Part shown: positions 55,527-64,000 of the stretch, one piece after another
How the letters are laid out: each line of letters begins with the position of its first letter
How positions within the stretch are numbered: the first letter of the stretch is position 1
Source: Minisyncoccota bacterium
GTDB lineage: Bacteria; Patescibacteriota; Minisyncoccia; Phycocordibacterales; UBA9973
Assembly: GCA_025453495.1 (NCBI GenBank)
Contig: JALOQM010000001.1
Location: 90,732-154,731, forward strand
Length of the DNA: 64,000 nt
Reading direction: 5' to 3'
Translations under genes and position numbers: made by a program
Notes under the pieces: generated by a model
Told to the model about the DNA's origin: nothing
The model's database searches: none
Seen by the model: only the letters and a program-made list of their open reading frames with translations

Positions 55527-56807
55527 ATGAAACACTTCATTATCCTCCTTCTGACGATGCTTCTCGGAGTTTCTGCGTTCGCGCAGGTAAAAGGACTTGC
55601 CTTTGAAAAAAAGGGCGAACAAAAAGAACTGCCTGACGTATGTGATGGCCGTGCTAAAAAGGTAAACAATAGCAATACTTTAAATTGTACTCAGGAAATT
55701 ATGAATGAGGCAATCGATGTAGGTTTTGCGCTTAATCGACCGCTTTTTTTAAGTGAACCGAAAAATAGCTGGATGACTAAAAGGGACGCTTTCGGCAGTG
55801 ATCAAATTCTGTTTATTATGGAGCGTTCAAAAAAAGTGATTATCACCTTTAAAAAAGGTCAGCTTAACATCTCTCGCGTTCTTGTTAATGATAACGGTCC
55901 GAATACTTTTGAATTCAATTATTTTCGCGAACCACGCGGAATAAGGGAATTTAGGGGAGATTCAATTGTTGAGGCACTTGATGTTGCAACTGGCCGTATG
56001 GTCAAAATTGCAGCTCAATTTACTGAGTATGCTTTTGCGTATCAACCACCCGGAGGAACGGTTATCGTTCCTTGGATGTTGTACGACTGCAAAAATCCTT
56101 GTGCAGTTGTAATGACTCAAAAAAGAGTTCAATACACAGAAGAAAATGAAAGCGAAGATGATCCACAATCCGAAAGTATTGTAACTCAAGATCCGCTTTT
56201 GAATGCAGGAGGTCCGGATGGCGCGACGATTTACCGCGATTCATTGGATTTCAGAAAAGTAGCTTCTGTGCAGCAGACTGGAGGCAGCGGAGATGTCAAC
56301 GTCTTTGTCGATGCACGTTCTTATCAGAATGTGAATGCCGGCAATAACAATGGCAATGGAACTGTAGCTTCGTCTCCGCAACGTGACAGTGTTGTTGTCC
56401 GTCTTGAACCGATTCCTACATACCGTCTCTGCACTCAAGTCGACAACCAGGGGTATTATGCATATAGTCCAAGTCAACCACCACCGCAAGCACAACAACA
56501 GTGCTACAACTATTATGATCCACGGTACGGCACTCAGCCACAACAAGTGTATCGTAATAGAAACGGTATTTGGTATTTTTTGGGAGGTGCTGCAGTGGGT
56601 GCTGGTACAGCATTATTGCTGGATCATCTTTATGGTGGCGGTCGCGGTGGTAATACCGTAATTCACAACACTTTTGCCCCGCCTTTACTGAATACCCCTG
56701 GAGTTATTTCCGGTGGACCAGTTAATCCGCAAAATGGAGGACCAGTTATTTATGGTCCTGGGTATGGTGGGCCCGGAAATCCGGGCAACAGGATGATGAG
56801 ATTTTAA
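55527..56807 (+). CDS. Secreted protein with a Gln/Pro/Gly-rich low-complexity C-terminus and a C-terminal hydrophobic segment
   Basis: Signal peptide MKHFIILLLTMLLGVSAFAQ; QPPPQAQQQ and GGGRGG tracts; IWYFLGGAAVGAGTALLL helix. Confidence 0.55.
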   Translation: MKHFIILLLTMLLGVSAFAQVKGLAFEKKGEQKELPDVCDGRAKKVNNSNTLNCTQEIMNEAIDVGFALNRPLFLSEPKNSWMTKRDAFGSDQILFIMERSKKVIITFKKGQLNISRVLVNDNGPNTFEFNYFREPRGIREFRGDSIVEALDVATGRMVKIAAQFTEYAFAYQPPGGTVIVPWMLYDCKNPCAVVMTQKRVQYTEENESEDDPQSESIVTQDPLLNAGGPDGATIYRDSLDFRKVASVQQTGGSGDVNVFVDARSYQNVNAGNNNGNGTVASSPQRDSVVVRLEPIPTYRLCTQVDNQGYYAYSPSQPPPQAQQQCYNYYDPRYGTQPQQVYRNRNGIWYFLGGAAVGAGTALLLDHLYGGGRGGNTVIHNTFAPPLLNTPGVISGGPVNPQNGGPVIYGPGYGGPGNPGNRMMRF

Positions 56808-56931
56808 AGTATATTTTTGTTTTCAAAAACAAAGACGCGTATTGGATATTCCATACGCGTCTTTTTTCATATCTATTGACAATTATCACGATATATGATA
56901 ATATACACTCATCCATTATTGGAGTAATTAT

Positions 56932-58863
56932 ATGAAACATTTTATGAGAAAAAAAATACGTATCGCAGGGCTTGCTCTTGCGCTCTCGCTTTTTGGAGGG
57001 CAAGCAGCTCATGCAGCAACGACATTCAATACCAACTCGCAAGATTTTGCGACGGTACGTGTGTCAAACTATACCTTGCACCCGAATTCATCTACTAACT
57101 GGAATAGTTCAGTAAATGCGACACCAGGGCAGATTATCTCGGTTGCAATTTATTATCACAACACTGGTACAGAGCCAGCGACAAATACTACTATCAGACT
57201 CTTTGGTGGTTCATCAATGGGTTCATCGATGTATCATTCAATCTCAGGTTCTGTCGGTGCATCAAATGCAACAACTGCATCAGGACAAGCACAAGTCATT
57301 CTCTCAAATGCGCAGACACTGACGTTTATCCCAGGAAGTGCTTCATGGCATCCAAACCAGACTTCGGTCGGACAAAATTTGCCAAATGGTCAGAGTGGTC
57401 TTGAACTCTTCAGTGGTGGCTTGAACATCGGCACTATCGCTCCAGGATGGGGTGCACAGGGTTCAGTCGTGCTGCGCTTCCAGGTTGGCGGCTCACAGCA
57501 GCAAACTGCTGCATGTAATGACGGTACTGACAATGACGGTGACGGCCTTGTCGATATGAACGATCCAGGTTGTACATCTACAAGTGATACCGACGAATAT
57601 AACTCTACCAACAATAACGGCTCTTCTCCTGATGTCACCACCAACAATGCAACTGGTATTGATGTTGACGAGGCAATACTCAGAGGAACGTATGATGCAA
57701 ATAACGCTTCAACGACAACATGGTTTGAGTATGCTCGAGATTACGACGATGTTGCTGATGGAGATGGCACACGAGTTGGTTCCCAAAATCAGGGCACAAG
57801 CTCAGGTTCGATACAGTATCGCCTAACTGGTCTTCGTGAGAACACTACGTATTATTTCCGTGCAGTCGCACAAAATAGCCATGGCACTGATTACGGTAGC
57901 ATCAGATCTTTCAAGACTGATGTTGAAGAAGAGGAGAACACTGGCTCAGTTACTGCGCTTACATCTCTTTCGACTGCAGTCACTCAGACATCAGCGACCA
58001 TAAACGGGGTTGTTACCAATTCGACAGATGCTAGTGCGACTGGTTGGTTTGAATACGGACGCACGACATCACTTGGTGCAAAGACACCTACTCGCTCTCT
58101 TGGCACATCATCATCTCGTTCCATGATAGAGACAGTCACTGGTCTTAGCTCAGACACTATTTACTACTTCCGTGCAGTCGCAGAATCAGACAATGGAGAG
58201 ATTTCACGTGGTGATATTCTCACATTCAAAACTGCTGGAGTGCAAACAGTACAAGTCGTAACCACTCCGACAACAGTAGTGACTACACCAACTACGGTTG
58301 TTACCTCACCAATGACAGTTGTCTCAACTGGTGCATCTCGTTTTGTCTTCATAAAGATTGAAAACCGTTTCGAGAATGTCGCAGTCGGAGATACGATTGA
58401 CTATACAGTAACGTACAGAAACATCAGCTCTCGTACTCTTCAGAAAGCGGTGATTGAAGTTGTATTTCCTAAAGAAGTAAAATTCGTCCGCTCAAGCGAT
58501 GGTGAATATGACGACAAACGTAATGTACTTGTCGTTCCTATCGGTACGCTTGTCCCTGGTGATGAAGGTACTATCACTATTGATGCAAAAGTACTCTCTG
58601 TTGCAAGATCAAAAGATGCACTCCTTACCAATGCACTCTTTAAGTACACCAATCCGGTGACAACAGTGCAGGAAGAAGCGATTGCATATGTCATCAATAG
58701 AGTTGAGAACCAGAATGGTACAAGTCTTGGCGCAGCATCTATCTTTGGAGATGGAAGCTTCCTCCCAACAACGTTGCTCGGATGGCTTTTCCTTATCCTT
58801 GTGATCTTTGGACTTATTGTTCTTGGTCGCATGCTCTACAACAAGAGTCAGCTCGGTAGATAA
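56932..58863 (+). CDS. Cell-surface protein with fibronectin-III/Ig-like repeats, a DxDxDG Ca-binding-like motif, and a C-terminal TM anchor with basic tail
   Basis: Signal peptide; repeated TTYYFRAVA.. Fn3-like modules; CNDGTDNDGDGLVDMNDPGC; C-terminal FLPTTLLGWLFLILVIFGLIVLGRMLYNKSQLGR. Confidence 0.6.
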   Translation: MKHFMRKKIRIAGLALALSLFGGQAAHAATTFNTNSQDFATVRVSNYTLHPNSSTNWNSSVNATPGQIISVAIYYHNTGTEPATNTTIRLFGGSSMGSSMYHSISGSVGASNATTASGQAQVILSNAQTLTFIPGSASWHPNQTSVGQNLPNGQSGLELFSGGLNIGTIAPGWGAQGSVVLRFQVGGSQQQTAACNDGTDNDGDGLVDMNDPGCTSTSDTDEYNSTNNNGSSPDVTTNNATGIDVDEAILRGTYDANNASTTTWFEYARDYDDVADGDGTRVGSQNQGTSSGSIQYRLTGLRENTTYYFRAVAQNSHGTDYGSIRSFKTDVEEEENTGSVTALTSLSTAVTQTSATINGVVTNSTDASATGWFEYGRTTSLGAKTPTRSLGTSSSRSMIETVTGLSSDTIYYFRAVAESDNGEISRGDILTFKTAGVQTVQVVTTPTTVVTTPTTVVTSPMTVVSTGASRFVFIKIENRFENVAVGDTIDYTVTYRNISSRTLQKAVIEVVFPKEVKFVRSSDGEYDDKRNVLVVPIGTLVPGDEGTITIDAKVLSVARSKDALLTNALFKYTNPVTTVQEEAIAYVINRVENQNGTSLGAASIFGDGSFLPTTLLGWLFLILVIFGLIVLGRMLYNKSQLGR

Positions 58864-58907
58864 AGATCTAGTCGCCAACTAAAAACGCGCAAAAAATAAT
58901 TACTTCA

Positions 58908-58934
58908 ACACAAAACCCCGAAAGGGGTTTTGTG
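58908..58934. terminator. Rho-independent terminator after the surface-protein gene
   Basis: acaaaaccccgaaaggggttttgtgtg. Confidence 0.6.
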
Positions 58935-59251
58935 TGTTTTTATGGACTCGCTCCGCTCGCTTCCACTTCAGTAACATTACTCACTACGTGTATTTTTTTT
59001 CGCTACCCCGCTTTTTTCTAGCTGCAGGTCTGCGTATGTATTTCTGTGTATTTTTTTATTTGCGATATAAAATAAATTTTTGCTTTATTTTAAGTAGTGT
59101 ATGCAGACCTGTTCTCACTACGAAAGAAAGCGGGTGCGGGCAAAAAAGAGCACTGAACCGTAGAATGAGTACAGTAGTAACAGCGAGATATCGAGCCACT
59201 CTACCCAAAACGCCACTTTTGCCTTACAGTAGTCGCATGAGACGAAAACAC

Positions 59252-59695
59252 ATGACCGCCACACATCTTGATCATACAAAAGCATTTGCTGCACATGTCA
59301 TCCGCGAACTTGCGTCTTGTGGTCCCGGGAAGCAGGCGACAGTCATTGGTCTATATGGAGAGCTTGGCGCAGGGAAGACGACGTTTACAAAAGAAGCAGC
59401 ACTCTTGCTCGGCGTTAGACGAACCGTGTCTTCACCAACATTTGTCCTTGAGCGAATCTACACACTATCGCCGAAATACACATTTTCAAAACTCATTCAT
59501 ATTGATGCATACCGTCTCAAAGATGGTACCGAGCTTGCCCATCTTGGGTGGGCAGAATTGCTTGCAGATCCCAAGAATCTCATTTTTATCGAATGGCCAG
59601 AAAAAGTGATGGATGTCATGCCAGTGCGACATATTGGTATTTTCTTTACCCACAAAGGAGAGAATGAGCGTACTATAGAGCTTCGACGTGTATAG
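59252..59695 (+). CDS. tsaE: tRNA threonylcarbamoyladenosine biosynthesis protein TsaE (YjeE P-loop)
   Basis: GELGAGKTTFTK Walker A and SPTF motif; start set at MTATHL because upstream residues are low-complexity hydrophobic. Confidence 0.75.
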   Translation: MTATHLDHTKAFAAHVIRELASCGPGKQATVIGLYGELGAGKTTFTKEAALLLGVRRTVSSPTFVLERIYTLSPKYTFSKLIHIDAYRLKDGTELAHLGWAELLADPKNLIFIEWPEKVMDVMPVRHIGIFFTHKGENERTIELRRV

Positions 59696-59704
59696 ATGCT
59701 CTGA

Positions 59705-62116
59705 ATGCTATACTTAGTCTATATGCCAAAGAGCGTCCAAATAAAAAATAAAAACACAGTAAAATCAAAAACTAAGAAGACGCTAGTACTCTTGGATGCG
59801 CATGCGATTATTCATCGCGCGTATCATGCACTTCCAGAATTTGCTTCAAGCAAAGGTGAACCGACAGGTGCCCTCTATGGTGTCGTGACAATGGTGCTTC
59901 GTATTGTCGCTGAATTTAAGCCAGACTATATAGTCGCCTGCTACGACTTGCCTGGAAAAACATTTCGCCACGAGAGCTATGAAGGATACAAAGCAGGGCG
60001 CAAAAAAACTGATGACGCACTTATGGTCCAGATTGAACGCTCGCGTGATGTTTTTGCCGCACTTAATATTCCAATCTATGCAGAACCAGGATTTGAGGCT
60101 GATGATATACTCGGTACAATCACTTCAAAGGTTGCAAAAGATACACAGATAGAAATTATCATCGCGTCAGGTGATATGGATACTCTTCAACTTGTTGATG
60201 CTGCCCGCGTACGGGTATTTACGCTCAAAAAGGGTCTCAATGATACTGTACTTTATGACGAGAAAGCCATTATTGACCGCTTCGGCTTTGGCCCATTACA
60301 AATTCCTGATTTCAAAGGGCTCAAAGGTGATCCTTCAGACAATATTATTGGTGTGCCAGGAATTGGAGACAAGACAGCAACGACACTTATACAAGCCTTT
60401 GGCACTGTCGAAGGTATCTATAGAGCACTCAAGAAGGATCATTCAGCACTGCTTGCAGCAGGTATTACCGAACGAATCATGCATATTTTGAAAGAACACG
60501 AAGAAGAAGCGATATTTTCAAAAACACTCGCAACCATACGTCGTGATGCACCGATCGAGTTTATTCTTCCTCATAAAGAATGGAAAGAAGGAATAGTTAA
60601 AGAAAATATCCAATCTCTTTTCAAAGAGCTTGAATTCAAGAGCCTTATAGATCGCTTTGAGCGTAGTATCGATAGTGAAGAGATAAAAGAAGAACCAGCT
60701 CTAGTGTCAACGGAAGACAAAGAACATATAAATCAAGATGCATTACAGAAGCTTGCAATCGCGCTCTGGCTCATTAATTCTGAAAGTACTAATCCAACTC
60801 TTGATGACATCTATGCATATGCTGGAACTCACATCTTTGCTGACGCAGAAAAGAAAATTCTCGCTGAAGTAAAAGCCCAAGGACTCGAAAAAGTCTATAC
60901 TGACATTGAAGTACCACTTATCCCAATCATAGAAGCTGCAAAGAATTGGGGTGTATGTATTGATCCAGAGCATTTTGCAAAACTTTCCAAGAAATATCAT
61001 GTGGAGCTTTCTGGTATTGAAAAAAAGATATACACGCTTGCTGGGAAAAAATTCAACATCAACTCACCAAAACAGCTCGGAGTGATCCTTTTTGATGATC
61101 TCAAACTTGTGGTTCGTGGACTCAAGAAAACTGCTGGTGGCGCAAGATCAACACGTGAATCAGAGCTTGAGAAGTTAAAAGATGCACATCCTATCATTGA
61201 GAAGATTCTTGAATACCGTGAATTGCAAAAATTACTCTCAACCTACATCGATACCATCCCAGCAATGGCAGACGAAAATGGCAGACTGCATAGCACACTC
61301 AATCAAACTGGGACGACAACCGGTAGGATGTCTTCACAAAATCCAAATATGCAAAATATTCCCGTGCGTGGAGAAATTGCACGTGAAATTCGCAAAGGGT
61401 TTGTCGCAAGTCCTGGACATGTATTTGTTGCATGTGATTATTCTCAGATTGAAATGCGAGTGCTCGCACTTCTTTCTGAAGACGAGAAATTGCTTGATAC
61501 ATTCAAAAAAGAAAAAGATGTACACGCAAGTGTTGCCTCATTTGTCTTTAAAGTTCCCGAAGCTGCAGTTACTTCTGACATGCGTCGACAGGCAAAAGTT
61601 ATAAACTTCGGCATCATCTACGGCATGGGGGTCACTGCACTCAAAGCGACTCTTGGTTCAACTCGAGAAGAAGCAGAGCGCTTTTATAATGATTATTTTG
61701 AAACATTTCCAAGTATTCGCATGTATTTTGAAAAAGTGAAAAATGAGGCAGCACGACGTGGGTATACTGAGACACTTTTTGGTCGCCGTCGGTATTTCCC
61801 AGGATTAAAATCGAAAATTCCATATGTCCGAGCGATGGCAGAGCGCATGGCAATGAATGCACCACTACAGGGTACTGCTGCTGATATCATCAAGATTGCT
61901 ATGCGAGAAGTTGACAGAGAACTCAAACAGCAAAATCTTGTGGAGCATGTACATTTGGTGATGCAAATTCATGACGAACTCATCTATGAAGTGGCTGAGT
62001 CAGTAGAAATAGCTACAAGAGAGCTCGTTCGTCGTGTTATGGAAAATGCTATCGAAGCACGATTACCCTTTTCTGCAAATGTTTCCAGTGGCAAAAATTG
62101 GGGGGAATTAGCATAG
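59705..62116 (+). CDS. polA: DNA polymerase I (5'-3' exonuclease plus polymerase domains; reduced proofreading region)
   Basis: N-terminal 5'-nuclease LLDAHAIIHRAYHA; pol motif A DYSQIEMRVLA, motif B RRQAKVINFGIIYG, motif C VMQIHDEL. Confidence 0.9.
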   Translation: MLYLVYMPKSVQIKNKNTVKSKTKKTLVLLDAHAIIHRAYHALPEFASSKGEPTGALYGVVTMVLRIVAEFKPDYIVACYDLPGKTFRHESYEGYKAGRKKTDDALMVQIERSRDVFAALNIPIYAEPGFEADDILGTITSKVAKDTQIEIIIASGDMDTLQLVDAARVRVFTLKKGLNDTVLYDEKAIIDRFGFGPLQIPDFKGLKGDPSDNIIGVPGIGDKTATTLIQAFGTVEGIYRALKKDHSALLAAGITERIMHILKEHEEEAIFSKTLATIRRDAPIEFILPHKEWKEGIVKENIQSLFKELEFKSLIDRFERSIDSEEIKEEPALVSTEDKEHINQDALQKLAIALWLINSESTNPTLDDIYAYAGTHIFADAEKKILAEVKAQGLEKVYTDIEVPLIPIIEAAKNWGVCIDPEHFAKLSKKYHVELSGIEKKIYTLAGKKFNINSPKQLGVILFDDLKLVVRGLKKTAGGARSTRESELEKLKDAHPIIEKILEYRELQKLLSTYIDTIPAMADENGRLHSTLNQTGTTTGRMSSQNPNMQNIPVRGEIAREIRKGFVASPGHVFVACDYSQIEMRVLALLSEDEKLLDTFKKEKDVHASVASFVFKVPEAAVTSDMRRQAKVINFGIIYGMGVTALKATLGSTREEAERFYNDYFETFPSIRMYFEKVKNEAARRGYTETLFGRRRYFPGLKSKIPYVRAMAERMAMNAPLQGTAADIIKIAMREVDRELKQQNLVEHVHLVMQIHDELIYEVAESVEIATRELVRRVMENAIEARLPFSANVSSGKNWGELA

Positions 62117-62173
62117 TAGTATTGCAATAGAGCTATTCCTATACAGTCAGAGTCGTGGTAGAATCATGAAGTC

Positions 62174-62647
62174 ATGTCTGACAAAAATACTAAGAAGCCA
62201 GTACCTGGGGTACATGCAGTCCTTGCGCATTCGTACTTAATGTATTTCTTTGCAGTTGTCGCTGGACTCCTTCTCGATCTCACGATTCCAATAAAAATAA
62301 TTCCTGATCATATTGCCACAGCAATTGGTATGGTATTTCTTTTTGCTGCTCCGGCACTTATCATCTGGGCACAGATGACATCGCATCGTTTTGAAAAGGA
62401 GAAAAACAAGACTGATGCACTCAATTTCTTTAAGGGGCCATACGTCTTTACTAGAAGTCCGACACATCTTGGTCTTGATATGTTGGTTATCGGATTTGCG
62501 CTCATTTTGAATTCTCTTTTTCTTGTTGTCTTTTCTCTTGTTTCGTTTTTTCTTACTCGCTCTATTTTTGTCCGCAAAGAAGAACGGATACTTGGTCAGA
62601 AGTATGGTGATCAGTATCACAAATATCGTAAGTCAGTCCGTGCATAG
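62174..62647 (+). CDS. ICMT/PEMT-family membrane methyltransferase-like protein
   Basis: 4 TM helices; GPYVFTRSPTHLG resembles the GxYxxxRHPxYxG motif of isoprenylcysteine carboxyl methyltransferase-like enzymes. Confidence 0.55.
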   Translation: MSDKNTKKPVPGVHAVLAHSYLMYFFAVVAGLLLDLTIPIKIIPDHIATAIGMVFLFAAPALIIWAQMTSHRFEKEKNKTDALNFFKGPYVFTRSPTHLGLDMLVIGFALILNSLFLVVFSLVSFFLTRSIFVRKEERILGQKYGDQYHKYRKSVRA

Positions 62648-62659
62648 TTTTTATTTCAC

Positions 62660-63376
62660 ATGCTCTATCTTATAGCAGGTACAGATACAGAAAAAAAAAG
62701 AAGCGCCGCAGGGCGCCTTTTTGAAACGTATGCCAAAGGGAATGTATTTTTTGTCCGTAAGGGTGAGTCGTATAGCGCACTCTTAGATGAACATATAGGA
62801 AGTACGTCTTTGTTTGGTGCACCGACGGTTGTTTTTCTTGATGAAGTGCTTACCGAAAAAGAAGCACGAGCGTATATACTTCCACGCACTCCAGAGCTTG
62901 CGAATTCTCTCAATGTGTTTGTTTTCTCTGAAGAAAAACCAGTAAAGGAGATTATAGATGCATTCAAAAAATCTGACGCGGAAATGATTTCATTTGAAAA
63001 GCTAGAAAAGAAAGAGGTAAAAAATGATAGTGTCAATTTGTTTGCTCTTACTGATGCCGTCGCTTCACGTGACAAGAAGTCAGCATGGATTTTGCTTCTT
63101 GGTGCATTCAAAGCAGGCAAAAGCCCAGAAGAAATTGCAGGACTCCTATTGTGGCAGATAAAGAATCTGATTCTTGTAAAAGATCTCCGCGCATCAGCGT
63201 CGTCTCTTGGCATGAAACCTTTTGTATACTCAAAAGCCTCAAGTGCCGCAAAGAAATGGGAGATTGCTGATCTTGAACGATGTATGGGTGCAATCATCTT
63301 TGCTACGCATGAATCTCGTCGCGGTGAATCTGATCCTGAGACGGCGCTAGAAACAATTATTTTGCAGTGTGTGTAA
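62660..63376 (+). CDS. holA: Putative DNA polymerase III delta subunit (HolA-like), short form
   Basis: MLYLIAGTDTEKK N-terminus resembling the delta 'LYLLYGEE' start, alpha-helical C-terminal region; weak assignment. Confidence 0.4.
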   Translation: MLYLIAGTDTEKKRSAAGRLFETYAKGNVFFVRKGESYSALLDEHIGSTSLFGAPTVVFLDEVLTEKEARAYILPRTPELANSLNVFVFSEEKPVKEIIDAFKKSDAEMISFEKLEKKEVKNDSVNLFALTDAVASRDKKSAWILLLGAFKAGKSPEEIAGLLLWQIKNLILVKDLRASASSLGMKPFVYSKASSAAKKWEIADLERCMGAIIFATHESRRGESDPETALETIILQCV

Positions 63377-63391
63377 GCACAAAAAAGAAAA

Positions 63392-63418
63392 AGCGCTCAA
63401 GAGAAGAGCGCTTTTTAT
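63392..63418 (+). terminator. Rho-independent terminator
   Basis: aaagcgctcaagagaagagcgcttttt. Confidence 0.55.
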
Positions 63419-63655
63419 ATATTAAGTTTTTTGCCTGTTTATTTATTGTACTATGTTTTGATGAAAAAGAATTTTCTTTTATATAAATCCTGTTGCCGGA
63501 CCGTGGCTTAGAAAATTTTTGCTCATAAAATCTGCATATAGTATACCTCCGCTTTTAGTTTCTCACAAAACAAATATGTGGATAAATAAAAATGTAGTAT
63601 TACTAAGCGTATTTCATTGACCCTGAGAGCGTAGTATGGTATTTTGCCTTAGTAT

Positions 63656-63728
63656 CCGCTCGTAGCTCAGTCGGTAGAGCACCTGCCTTTTAAGCAGAGG
63701 GTCGCAGGTTCGATTCCTGCCGAGCGGA
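63656..63728 (+). tRNA. tRNA-Lys (anticodon TTT)
   Basis: ccgctcg...cgagcgg acceptor, D-arm GCTCAGTCGGTAGAGC, anticodon loop cttttaa, T-loop GGTTCGATTCC. Confidence 0.85.
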
Positions 63729-63730
63729 CA

Positions 63731-64000
63731 ATGAAAAAAATAAGTGCCGTACTTATCCTCCATGACATTAGGAGTGCGCATAATGTCGGCGCGATATTTA
63801 GGACTGCAGATGCTGTTGGTATTACAAAGATATACCTGACAGGTATCACACCACTACCAATCGATCGATTTGGTAAGGCACGCAAGGATATCACAAAAGC
63901 GGCACTTGGCGCGGAAAATACTATTCCCTGGGAAAGTAAAAAAATGATCCAACCACTTATCACCACACTACAAAAAGAAGGTTTTTTCGTTGCTGCTATT
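63731..64000 (+). CDS. SpoU/TrmH-family RNA 2'-O-methyltransferase (5' partial, runs off window)
   Basis: Manual translation MKKISAVLILHDIRSAHNVGAIFRTADAVGITKIYLTG... (SpoU motif 1); begins 3 nt after tRNA-Lys. Confidence 0.7.
   Translation, partial: MKKISAVLILHDIRSAHNVGAIFRTADAVGITKIYLTGITPLPIDRFGKARKDITKAALGAENTIPWESKKMIQPLITTLQKEGFFVAAI

Noticed and set aside
63667-63966. 99-aa minus-strand ORF at the right edge
   Set aside because: It overlaps tRNA-Lys and lies antisense to a clear SpoU/TrmH-family methyltransferase N-terminus encoded on the plus strand from 63731.
1-64000. CRISPR arrays, IS elements, integrases, prophage genes, rRNA genes
   Set aside because: No regularly spaced direct repeats, transposase or integrase motifs (DDE, tyrosine recombinase R..H..R..Y), phage structural genes, or rRNA-like conserved stretches were seen anywhere in the window.

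Overview
The window looks like a stretch of a small, compact, fairly AT-rich bacterial chromosome read with the standard genetic code (long intact ORFs such as DnaA and PolA). Gene content and architecture suggest a monoderm-type, reduced-genome organism, plausibly Candidate Phyla Radiation/Patescibacteria. Supporting this are RNase Y, a short Gram-positive-type YidC, a ConE/PrgJ-type VirB4 with a PrgI-like partner, a LysM-M23 hydrolase, and the absence of ruvA and of a trigger-factor PPIase domain. The lineage call is an inference. The window contains the chromosomal origin module (rpmH-rnpA-yidD-yidC-jag | dnaA-dnaN-dciA-like) with DnaA-box clusters, and five tRNA genes with a CCA-adding enzyme and YraN. 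It also carries many DNA-metabolism genes (recJ, rnhA, xth, HhH-GPD glycosylase, uvrD, ruvC, ruvB, polA, holA-like, HU). Housekeeping genes include rny, clpP, tig, ppa, nusA, rsmA, tyrS, PBP1A and tsaE. DNA-uptake and pilus components are present: a two-gene ComEC (channel plus separate MBL nuclease) and an orphan PilB ATPase. The most notable element is a co-directional, tightly packed operon of about 15 kb (26.5-41.7 kb) sitting right next to the origin, encoding a Gram-positive-type type IV secretion (T4SS)-like apparatus. It has a VirB4 ATPase split into two ORFs, a PrgI-like small membrane protein, a giant VirB6-like polytopic protein with a coiled-coil tail, and a pilin-like/NlpC-P60 hydrolase fusion. 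It also encodes a peptidoglycan-binding beta-propeller protein and several large secreted proteins of unknown function. No relaxase, coupling protein, integrase or IS element is visible, so it looks like a chromosomal secretion/contact system rather than an obvious integrative element. Several intergenic regions with strong hairpins and promoter-like elements are candidate ncRNAs: the ruvC-ruvB gap, the ruvB-pilB gap, and the region upstream of tsaE.
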